Positions 18,966 to 26,195 of a stretch of 63,500 bases of DNA are shown piece by piece. The number at the start of each line of letters is the position of its first letter. The first letter of the stretch is position 1. The notes under the pieces are model-generated. The model ran no database searches and was not told where the DNA came from. It saw only the letters and a program-made list of their open reading frames with translations. This stretch comes from an uncultured Bacilli bacterium (GTDB taxonomy: Bacteria > Bacillota_I > Bacilli_A > RF39 > UBA660). The DNA lies in NCBI GenBank assembly GCA_934098555.1, contig CAKOOQ010000002.1, forward strand, positions 1 to 63,500, read 5' to 3'. The position numbers and the translations under genes were made by a program.

Positions 18966-19436
18966 TGGTATGTGTCAGAAAAAAGCCTTTATTTATCGTA
19001 CTTAATAGACCTTTGACACATGACACACAGATTGCTATTAGTCGTAGTATAGCAATCTATAATTTATAATCTTTTATATTATAATATTTATATTATTAAA
19101 TTACTTATATATTAAATAATTTAATTTTTTAGCTGGTTAGGTGCGAAAGCACGATTATAACATCAAAAAGAGATAATTATAAAAACAGTTCATTAAAATT
19201 TTTTTGATATTGCTTTTTGTAACAAGATAGATACTCTTTTTAATGTTAAAAAATTATACTTGCTTCCACTTCGTCAAGGCTATTGCAGTTATCAAGCAGA
19301 ATATCAACGAAGCAGCAAAACCTTGACAAAGATACGAATTTCTTTCAAATAAGTTTTTAAAAAATGGATTAAGTTCTATTAAATTAATAACCAGCTTAAA
19401 AAATCATAAAGATTGCTATTTTGTTGTATATAAAAA
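18966..19436 (-). other. phage intergenic region (candidate origin / packaging-signal hairpins)
   Basis: Non-coding 470 bp with GACAC/GTGTC repeats, the hairpin GATTGCTAT-N10-ATAGCAATC (19030-19057), the GC-richer hairpin GTCAAGG...CCTTGAC (19273-19327), and inverted AGCTGGTTA copies at 19130 and 19388. Confidence 0.45.
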
Positions 19437-19718
19437 CTAGCTTGCATTAATTGGCAATTTTCGAATAATCCACATCGAAAAATGATAAATATGATCAAAA
19501 TTCGCGGCTAAAATTACTAAAGGAACTAGCGTTTTAATCGTCGAAATACGAACAAAAAAACCTAATAAATCCAAATGATCAAAAATAAGATTAACAAAAC
19601 CGTTAAGACTTGTTAAAATTGAAACATCTAGTTGAGGTAAACTTGGCAACACAGCAAAAATCAAATCAACTAATAATTTAGCTAAATCTAATATAAAAGT
19701 TGTAACCATCACTATCAA
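19437..19718 (-). CDS. small polytopic membrane protein (pVI-like minor coat candidate)
   Basis: 93 aa, very hydrophobic. It overlaps the stop of the upstream large gene by 4 nt, the position expected for pVI. Confidence 0.4.
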   Translation of the reverse strand: MIVMVTTFILDLAKLLVDLIFAVLPSLPQLDVSILTSLNGFVNLIFDHLDLLGFFVRISTIKTLVPLVILAANFDHIYHFSMWIIRKLPINAS

Positions 19719-21499
19719 ACCTTCTTTCGATTTCTATATTCACGATGAGTTTTATGGGCTGTAACAGATTGATGAACTTGATTATTATCATCAATTGTAT
19801 AATTTTGACTAGCTGATAAAATATCCGTTTCAAACGTATCATTATTACCAAAAACACGATTATAAATATTAGAACAATAATTAAAAAAACTTAACATCAG
19901 CAAAGCATCTACACACATCAAATAAATATCATGCATATTTTTAATATTACTATCATTTAACAAACTAGCTAAATCAAACGAGCCGGCCGAAATGATTGTT
20001 CCGTCAAAATTAGCAACTTTAAAATCAGGCCACGAAATCACATAAGAACCAGTATCCGTCAACTCGGTAAATCTTTCTAAAAATGTAATTATCCAAGTAA
20101 AAGGATAACTTAAAAAGCCAAATTGATTAGTTAAACTCTCATTCACGCCTTTAAACCAGTTCGAAAGGTCCTCTTTTGAAGGAACAAACAAAGACCTCAA
20201 CATATTGCGAAAATTAGACCAAAAATCCTCTGTACTTTTTTTAAAAGAATCAAAAAAGTTAGAAATTGTGTCTGCAACAACCTCATTCGAAGACTTTGAA
20301 GTAAAATTATAAGTTGCCTTAGCAACATTACCATTTGAATCAACAATTCTAAAATATAAAGTATGTTTACCAAAATTAACATTACTAAACGTATAATGAT
20401 TCGTTGGAATATCAATCCAAGAACCATCGTCAAGTTTCAAATAGTATTTTTCAATTTTACCAGACATGGCATAACTATCACGTAAATCGACATAAATATT
20501 ACTATCATTATAAGAAACAATATAACGTAAAACCGGTAACAAAGATGTTTTAACATCAACATTAAAAGTTGAAAGAGGTGTATTTGAACCGTCTTTATAA
20601 ACGGCTTTTGCTGTACCAGAATAAGAACCATTACTAAAACCGGTTAGCGTTACAGATTTCTCAGTCGTATAAACATAATCATAGCTACCCAATGTATAAT
20701 AATATCCAACAACGTTATCCTCATCTGTAGCATTAAAATTTAATGTGATATCCGAACCACTAACCGAACTTGTTACATTTAAAAGACCTAAGTTATCACT
20801 TTCATAATTAATATCTGATGAAAGATATAAATAATATATATTTTCAATATAATCCGTTGCAGAATCCGTTTGAGCATATGCTTTATTATCTAAATCAACA
20901 AACAAACTAAAGAATTCAATATATTTTTTAGGAACACGACAACTAATCACAGCACTCGGAAAATCAGAATTGGAGCTTGTTGTTAAACAATCATATGGCT
21001 TATATGTTTCGTTATTTGCATCACCAAACCTCGATTGCACACTAAAATGTAATCTATTAAAAATTTGATAGCTTTCAAAAATACCGGCTTGTATTTCATT
21101 ATTTTTTGCTGAAGCATACATTCTAAAATATAAAGTATAAAAATTATTATCATTTGAAAGTATTCCTTGATTAAAAAAATTTTCATAAGAAAAACGATAA
21201 GAATTTGTTGTTAAATAATAATCTGTTAACTCATTTGCTTTTACATAAACAGGAATACGATAACCTGTAAAATTTGGATACAAATTACTTATTTTTTTAT
21301 CATTTAAATAATCAAGTTTCAAATAATCAAGGTTAGAATAATTAAAGTTTTGATAAGTATCAGAATTATTAAACCTATAATAAAGATATTTAGGTCTTAT
21401 CTGAACAGGAGTTAAAGCATTAACATGAGTAATATCAAAAAATAAAGTTACGACACTCAATGTTGCAAATATAAAAATCGTTTCTAATATTCTTTTCAT
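19715..21499 (-). CDS. large secreted phage protein (pIII-like adsorption / minor coat candidate)
   Basis: 594 aa with an N-terminal signal peptide (IFIFATLSVVTLFF...VNA), Ig/Fn3-like beta-rich repeats in the middle and a C-terminal hydrophobic segment. Confidence 0.45.
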   Translation of the reverse strand: MKRILETIFIFATLSVVTLFFDITHVNALTPVQIRPKYLYYRFNNSDTYQNFNYSNLDYLKLDYLNDKKISNLYPNFTGYRIPVYVKANELTDYYLTTNSYRFSYENFFNQGILSNDNNFYTLYFRMYASAKNNEIQAGIFESYQIFNRLHFSVQSRFGDANNETYKPYDCLTTSSNSDFPSAVISCRVPKKYIEFFSLFVDLDNKAYAQTDSATDYIENIYYLYLSSDINYESDNLGLLNVTSSVSGSDITLNFNATDEDNVVGYYYTLGSYDYVYTTEKSVTLTGFSNGSYSGTAKAVYKDGSNTPLSTFNVDVKTSLLPVLRYIVSYNDSNIYVDLRDSYAMSGKIEKYYLKLDDGSWIDIPTNHYTFSNVNFGKHTLYFRIVDSNGNVAKATYNFTSKSSNEVVADTISNFFDSFKKSTEDFWSNFRNMLRSLFVPSKEDLSNWFKGVNESLTNQFGFLSYPFTWIITFLERFTELTDTGSYVISWPDFKVANFDGTIISAGSFDLASLLNDSNIKNMHDIYLMCVDALLMLSFFNYCSNIYNRVFGNNDTFETDILSASQNYTIDDNNQVHQSVTAHKTHREYRNRKKV

Positions 21500-21502
21500 A
21501 CT

Positions 21503-22069
21503 CTACCTCCTTCTTTTAAACTCAATAGCTAAAAATATTAATAAAATAGCTATAGTAATCATTAAAAAATATGGTTTTAATTCATCTAATGTTAAACCAT
21601 TTGTTGAAGCGTTTGTATCGTTTGATGAATTATCATTAACTTTTTTATCGTGATAATTTGTTACGTATGAACCATTAAAACTCAAATTAGACCAACCAGA
21701 CGTGCTTTTATAAGTAGAATAAATACCTAATGAATCTTGCTCAAAAATATAACACTGCGCGGTCAAATGACCGTTAAATGAAGAACGATTAACACTAAAA
21801 GAAGAACCAGAACCAGTTTTATGATTGGTAGATGTAATAGCATCATCATTTAAAAAACATAAACGTAATTGTTTATCAGATTCAAGAACAGTACGACCTA
21901 TAACATAATAATCTAAAAATGAAGAATACGAAAACCAAAGTTCCCTTTTAGCAAACGTCTCAACATAATCGGGTACATCGTAAAACTTAAAAGTAGATGC
22001 ACTAACAGAAATTGTTTGAAGTGATAAAGATATAATCATAATGGATAAAAAATAAATAATCTTACGCAT
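21503..22069 (-). CDS. phage membrane-anchored secreted protein
   Basis: Likely start at MRKIIYFLSIMIISLSL (signal peptide). C-terminal TM plus basic tail (FLMITIAILLIFLAIEFKRRR), a coat-protein-like topology. Confidence 0.45.
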   Translation of the reverse strand: MRKIIYFLSIMIISLSLQTISVSASTFKFYDVPDYVETFAKRELWFSYSSFLDYYVIGRTVLESDKQLRLCFLNDDAITSTNHKTGSGSSFSVNRSSFNGHLTAQCYIFEQDSLGIYSTYKSTSGWSNLSFNGSYVTNYHDKKVNDNSSNDTNASTNGLTLDELKPYFLMITIAILLIFLAIEFKRRR

Positions 22070-22073
22070 ATTA

Positions 22074-22226
22074 TCACAATACTTTCTTTTTATTACCACC
22101 GATAAAGTCAAGCATTAAATTAATTAATCTGTTAGCAATTTCAAAAACTAAATAAATTGGAAAAGCTACAACAAGTAAAGAAGCAATGCAATTAACAATA
22201 ACTTGGTAATCAACGTTTACTATCAT
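22074..22226 (-). CDS. small TM protein (50 aa) overlapping the 3' end of the pI ATPase gene, unannotated
   Basis: The ATG lies inside the last codons of the ATPase gene in another frame. Product MIVNVDYQVIVNCIASLLVVAFPIYLVFEIANRL... Confidence 0.3.
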   Translation of the reverse strand: MIVNVDYQVIVNCIASLLVVAFPIYLVFEIANRLINLMLDFIGGNKKKVL

Positions 22227-22935
22227 AAATATCAACACCTTTACTTTCAATTTTTAAATTTTTGTTTTCAATAACTTTATAAGTATCAAACCTTTTAAAC
22301 GACAAAGGATTTTTAAAGTATCTAAATACCCTTTTGACGGTACCTTTTAAATTCGTTCCAGTACTCTCTTCACCGTCAATACTATTTCGGTCGATAAGAC
22401 TATTTTTTTGTAAAAAACCAAATAGCTTTTTTTCACAATAAATTACAACATCAAATTGCTCACGTAACTGTTTGGCCATCCGGCCAAACACTTGACTCGT
22501 AGCAACAATATGAATACGTTGTTTACGTTGTTGAGCTATTTGAGTCATAACATCCATATCAATATTTTTGCTACCTAATGAATTAAAATAAAGTTGAATC
22601 TCATCGATTAAAAAGATAACTCCTTGTTTACCATTTTTATACTTCGTTAAATCCTTTGCTTCTTGAAATAAAAATACTCGTTCATTATCAAAAGGATAAT
22701 CTGTTAGTTCTAAATTCGTAACAATTTTACAATTAGGATACAACTTTAACAATTTATATACATAATTTACAGCTGATAAAGTTTTACCAGAACCTTGAGG
22801 CCCACAAAAAATACAAAGGCCATCAGGTCGAAAGTAATCAGGATTTTCTCTATAAAAATCACGTTGATACTTAAGTTGTTTAAAAATATTTAAAGGCCCT
22901 AGCTTTTCTTTTAAAGCATAAGCACTAACCGCCAT
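22210..22935 (-). CDS. Zot/pI-like morphogenesis ATPase (inovirus hallmark)
   Basis: Walker A GPQGSGKT (aa 45-52) and Walker B VIFLIDEIQ. At 241 aa it has no TM segment of its own. Confidence 0.75.
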   Translation of the reverse strand: MAVSAYALKEKLGPLNIFKQLKYQRDFYRENPDYFRPDGLCIFCGPQGSGKTLSAVNYVYKLLKLYPNCKIVTNLELTDYPFDNERVFLFQEAKDLTKYKNGKQGVIFLIDEIQLYFNSLGSKNIDMDVMTQIAQQRKQRIHIVATSQVFGRMAKQLREQFDVVIYCEKKLFGFLQKNSLIDRNSIDGEESTGTNLKGTVKRVFRYFKNPLSFKRFDTYKVIENKNLKIESKGVDIYDSKR

Positions 22936-22943
22936 AAAATCAC

Positions 22944-23033
22944 CTACTTATTTTTATGAAAAATTTTATTCCAAGCCCAATTAAAAAACTTGTATATTAA
23001 AAATACTAAAAAGAAACTTAACAGGCTACTCAT
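22944..23033 (-). CDS. 29-aa hydrophobic peptide (pVII/pIX-like candidate), unannotated
   Basis: MSSLLSFFLVFLIYKFFNWAWNKIFHKNK. Its stop abuts the RBS of the ATPase gene. Confidence 0.3.
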   Translation of the reverse strand: MSSLLSFFLVFLIYKFFNWAWNKIFHKNK

Positions 23034-23037
23034 AACA

Positions 23038-23241
23038 TCATTCATCTTTTTGCTCCTCTCTTTTCTCATCAATTTTCTTACTTAAATTTTTAAGCAATGC
23101 TTTTCTTTCTGGTTTACTTAATTTATTAAATTTATGTAGCAAAACATATAAATACTCTAATTGGTCTAAAGTTAAATTATCTAAATTATTCATAATCACT
23201 AAATTTTTAGAAAAAAAGGAATGATAAAACACGCATATCAC
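23038..23241 (-). CDS. phage hypothetical protein (67 aa)
   Basis: ORF in the structural block. No family recognised. Confidence 0.4.
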   Translation of the reverse strand: MICVFYHSFFSKNLVIMNNLDNLTLDQLEYLYVLLHKFNKLSKPERKALLKNLSKKIDEKREEQKDE

Positions 23242-23259
23242 TCCTAATTTTCCAACGTA

Positions 23260-23475
23260 TTATAAACGAATACGTCCAGCCGCAACAGCGCTTGTGAAAG
23301 CATTAACAGCTTTACGAACTCCTAACCAAAGTAAGAAGAAGCCCATACCTACACCAACAACAGAAGCTAAAACATTTAAAACTTGAGCTGTAGTAATAGA
23401 ACTTGTTAGCGCTGTAATGAAAGCAGTAAAATCAATCGTTGTAGGTTGAGTTTCTTGAGATGCTTCCATAGACAA
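23260..23475 (-). CDS. major coat protein-like (pVIII-like)
   Basis: 71 aa with an acidic/polar N-terminal part, an Ala/Val/Gly-rich TM helix (VLASVVGVGMGFFLLWLGV) and a basic C-terminus (RKAVNAF...GRIRL). GGAGG RBS. Noticeably GC-richer than its neighbours. Confidence 0.6.
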   Translation of the reverse strand: MSMEASQETQPTTIDFTAFITALTSSITTAQVLNVLASVVGVGMGFFLLWLGVRKAVNAFTSAVAAGRIRL

Positions 23476-23653
23476 ACCTCCTTTTCATTCTTTTTGTCCT
23501 TTTTTATAAAAAAGGAGCGTCTTACTAAAAGCGGTCAAACAGTAAGATAACAGTTTATAAGCTGCTGGTTTTTAATTTTAAGTATATTAGAATAAAAGAG
23601 TTTATAAGATAAAAATATATATAAATTTTTACTTAAAATCACCGCAAATTTTT

Positions 23654-23923
23654 TTAATATCGTTTATTTTTATTTTTTTCAACATAAATATAAACAACTT
23701 TACGACCAAAATGTTTTTTGAACCACAAACGAATACTTCGAAAAAAATATTTAATCTTAGTTTTTAAATTTCTAGAGGGTTTAAGATTGTAATAGCCTAT
23801 ATATTCTTCACCAAAACCATTATAGCTACCAATTTTCAAAGGTATTGAATCTTTATAAGGTTCATAACCAAATCTACATCTATAACAATCATGATTGTAA
23901 CTATAATAAATTAATAATCGCAT
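23654..23923 (-). CDS. phage hypothetical basic protein (89 aa)
   Basis: ORF overlapping the upstream gene. Lys/Arg/Tyr-rich. Confidence 0.35.
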   Translation of the reverse strand: MRLLIYYSYNHDCYRCRFGYEPYKDSIPLKIGSYNGFGEEYIGYYNLKPSRNLKTKIKYFFRSIRLWFKKHFGRKVVYIYVEKNKNKRY

Positions 23924-24197
23924 TGTTATACTTAATACCAGTAATTTTAGTCTTTGGCTTCATTGGATTCATAGGATTTTCAACGGTTTCAACCATTAAA
24001 GTGCATTCCTTGTTTACCATTTTTTCATCAAGCTTATCAAAAGCAGTAATCGGCAAAAATGCATAAAGTACAATGTATCCTTTTACCTTTTCAGATTTAC
24101 AAGGCTTATCGGTTGCAATATAATCGATTCTTGTATAAGGTTCTTTACCTTTCGGACAACATTTTGTTATCGTTGTCAAATTAACTTTTAATTCCAT
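23901..24197 (-). CDS. phage protein, possible ssDNA-binding (pV-like) by size and position only
   Basis: 98 aa, GGAGCG RBS, located upstream of the coat genes. No motif-level support. Confidence 0.3.
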   Translation of the reverse strand: MELKVNLTTITKCCPKGKEPYTRIDYIATDKPCKSEKVKGYIVLYAFLPITAFDKLDEKMVNKECTLMVETVENPMNPMKPKTKITGIKYNNAIINLL

Positions 24198-24253
24198 TTT
24201 TTACGCTCCTTTTCTATCTTTTGTTTTATGGCACAAAAGCTAAAGCCAAGAAA

Positions 24254-24469
24254 TTACCAGAAACCTCTATTAGGCGAATAAACAACATTATTTACATAAA
24301 CATTCTCTAAATGAAGTTGATTCAAAAGAATATTGAAAAATTTTAAAGCTTGTTCTTTTGTTTTAAAATGAAAAGTTGCGAATGATAAATTACCGTCTAA
24401 AAAATGAATTTTAATAAACCTATCATCTAGCTCCAAAATGTGTAAATAATTATCATTTATAAAATACAT
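24254..24469 (-). CDS. phage hypothetical protein (71 aa)
   Basis: ORF overlapping the upstream gene by 13 nt. Confidence 0.4.
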   Translation of the reverse strand: MYFINDNYLHILELDDRFIKIHFLDGNLSFATFHFKTKEQALKFFNILLNQLHLENVYVNNVVYSPNRGFW

Positions 24470-24957
24470 ACGTCTTTTTTTACAAGATTAATTGACTTAT
24501 TTAAAACATCACGACACAGGTTTACAGCTTCGGTTTTATCACAAAAAGAAAATTCAATTTCATCTAAACCAGAAGAGTCATTAAAGCCTAATTTGATAAT
24601 ATACAAGCCTAAAGCGTCTTTATAAGCTTTAATAAATTTCACTTTTAAATAATCAATAGTAAATTCCATATCCTCAACTACTTCCTCAACTTCCTCATCA
24701 GTCATACATAAAAACTTTTTAATAATATATCTTACATCCGAATATGATTTACAAGTACCGTCATATAAATAAATGTAGCCCTCTTCACCAGTTAAAATAT
24801 CAAAAGCTTTTGCCATTTCGGAATCGGAATCACAAAAGTAAACACAATAAGCATTTATAAAGTTTTCATATGTTAAGTCAATGTCGTTTTCTTTCATATA
24901 ATCGTTAACTTTTCTCATATTCATCATTTCATAAACAATATTAATCATCTTTATCAC
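24457..24957 (-). CDS. phage hypothetical protein (166 aa), first gene of the leftward operon
   Basis: AGGAGTGA RBS. Divergent from the XRE gene. Confidence 0.45.
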   Translation of the reverse strand: MIKMINIVYEMMNMRKVNDYMKENDIDLTYENFINAYCVYFCDSDSEMAKAFDILTGEEGYIYLYDGTCKSYSDVRYIIKKFLCMTDEEVEEVVEDMEFTIDYLKVKFIKAYKDALGLYIIKLGFNDSSGLDEIEFSFCDKTEAVNLCRDVLNKSINLVKKDVCIL

Positions 24958-24962
24958 TCCTT

Positions 24963-25002
24963 TTATATACGTTTAACGCATTTATATATCAATTATATAC
25001 GT
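24963..25002. promoter_or_regulatory. candidate operator repeats in the phage switch region
   Basis: TTATATACGT occurs twice, 30 bp apart (24963 and 24993), between the divergent genes. Confidence 0.35.
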
Positions 25003-25062
25003 GTGACGTTTACTTGTCAATACGCAATAAGTATATTTTGTAAAATAACTTTGGTGAGGAAA

Positions 25063-25296
25063 ATGAATATAAATAGATTGAAAGAAATAAGAGAAGATAA
25101 AGATTATAAACAAAGTGAGGTTGCAAAAATTCTAAATGTAACACAAGCACAATATAGCAGATATGAAACAGGTGAAAACACAATTCCACTTGACAAAATA
25201 TATAAACTAGCAGAATTTTACAAAACATCAATAGATTATCTAGTTTATAGAACAGATGAAAGAAATCCTTATCCAAAAAGTATAATGAAAAATTGA
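25063..25296 (+). CDS. XRE-family HTH repressor
   Basis: MNINRLKEIREDKDYKQSEVAKILNVTQAQYSRYETGENTIPLDKIYKLAEFYKTSIDYLV. GGTGAGGA RBS before the ATG at 25063; the ORF track starts earlier, at 25003. Confidence 0.8.
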   Translation: MNINRLKEIREDKDYKQSEVAKILNVTQAQYSRYETGENTIPLDKIYKLAEFYKTSIDYLVYRTDERNPYPKSIMKN

Positions 25297-25307
25297 AAGA
25301 GGAAAAA

Positions 25308-25460
25308 ATGAACAATCAAAGTTTAGAAGAAATTAATCAAAGTTTAAAAACAATAAAAGATATTATTGTTGAAGAATATAAAAGAAAAAAAAGTATCGAA
25401 ATGTTAAAAATTGCTATAGCCCTTCTTATATTTGCTATTATCTACATTAGATACTCATAA
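25308..25460 (+). CDS. small C-terminally TM-anchored protein (50 aa), unannotated
   Basis: AGAGGAAAAAATG start. Product ...KKSIEMLKIAIALLIFAIIYIRYS. Confidence 0.35.
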   Translation: MNNQSLEEINQSLKTIKDIIVEEYKRKKSIEMLKIAIALLIFAIIYIRYS

Positions 25461-25537
25461 AAAAAGATTGCCTAAAACCAATTTGCAATCTTAAAATAAA
25501 GGACTTATTTTTCAAGCATCAATAGGAGGTGACAACA

Positions 25538-25630
25538 TTGAAAAATACAATTAATTCAAAAAAACACAAAATTTTAACAATATGTATAATTCTATTCTTT
25601 GTTTTATTAGCAATTTCAACATTAAAATAA
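25538..25630 (+). CDS. 30-aa hydrophobic peptide, unannotated
   Basis: Strong AGGAGGTGA RBS 7 nt upstream of a TTG. Product (M)KNTINSKKHKILTICIILFFVLLAISTLK. Confidence 0.3.
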   Translation: MKNTINSKKHKILTICIILFFVLLAISTLK

Positions 25631-25651
25631 AACATCGATAATTAATTAAGC

Positions 25652-25714
25652 CCTTTACGATACCTAAATTACATTTTTATAATAAATTAAGTATCGCAAA
25701 AGGTTTATTTTTTT
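25652..25714 (+). terminator. long-stem terminator
   Basis: CCTTTACGATAC ... GTATCGCAAAAGG (12-13 bp stem, one bulge) followed by a T-run. Confidence 0.4.
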
Positions 25715-25905
25715 ATATACTCATACATCGAAATTTATTTATAAATACCATGTCAAATAATTATAATCAATAGGAATCGAACCTATACCCCTCTGTCTTA
25801 GTTTCGGAATTGGCGTACGCACCCAGACTCTTTCCAAGAACTCTATTTTATAATTATCCAACATGCTACCTATAAAGGTAACATTTAAAAATCAAACTAT
25901 GTTAT

Positions 25906-26082
25906 TTATTTTTTTAACCTTTTATACAACTTACAACCCATATAACTAATCATTTTTAATAAAATCAATATTGCAACAAGAAGGATAAATCCAATTATAT
26001 ATTCAAAATCATTAGTAATAAAATAAAAAATAAATGAATCAATAAAAATAATTAAGCATAACAGAATTTCATAATTATTCAT
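25906..26082 (-). CDS. 58-aa two-TM protein, unannotated
   Basis: AAAGGGG RBS. Product MNNYEILLCLIIFIDSFIFYFITNDFEYIIGFILLVAILILLKMISYMGCKLYKRLKK. It falls just under the 60-aa ORF cutoff. Confidence 0.3.
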   Translation of the reverse strand: MNNYEILLCLIIFIDSFIFYFITNDFEYIIGFILLVAILILLKMISYMGCKLYKRLKK

Positions 26083-26109
26083 AAAGTAACCCCTTTACAC
26101 ATTTTGATA

Positions 26110-26137
26110 TTTTCATAACGTAAATATTATGTTAACC
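26110..26137 (+). other. degenerate dif-like site (attR)
   Basis: TTTTCATAACG-TAAATA-TTATGTTAACC. The XerD-type arm is identical to attL, the central region matches 5 of 6, and the left arm is degenerate (the CATAA is displaced by 2 nt). Confidence 0.45.
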
Positions 26138-26152
26138 GTGATATTTTAAATT
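26124..26152 (+). repeat. 29-bp direct repeat, right copy (att core)
   Basis: Identical to 18040-18068. Confidence 0.9.
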
Positions 26153-26195
26153 GAAATTTTTAATTTGTTTTTCTACTTGTTAACGGAACAGAAAA

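Larger units (their letters stand above)
18040..26152 (-). mobile_element. integrated filamentous (inovirus-like) prophage, about 8.1 kb, no integrase
   Basis: Bounded by 29-bp perfect direct repeats. Contains an HUH Rep, a Zot/pI-like ATPase, a 71-aa major-coat-like protein, signal-peptide/TM minor-coat-like proteins, many small overlapping ORFs on one strand and a divergent XRE repressor. Confidence 0.75.

Noticed and set aside
25010-25315. 101-aa ORF antisense to the XRE repressor gene, and the 73-aa ORF at 23845-24066 antisense to phage genes.
   Set aside because: The XRE reading frame has a clear HTH motif and an RBS. The antisense frames have neither.
25771-25866. Calling the GGTTCGATTCC-containing segment a tRNA gene.
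   Set aside because: Only the T-arm and a possible acceptor pairing are present. The span would be about 96 nt, and I can draw no credible D-arm or anticodon arm. It is kept as a low-interest finding, not as a tRNA feature.
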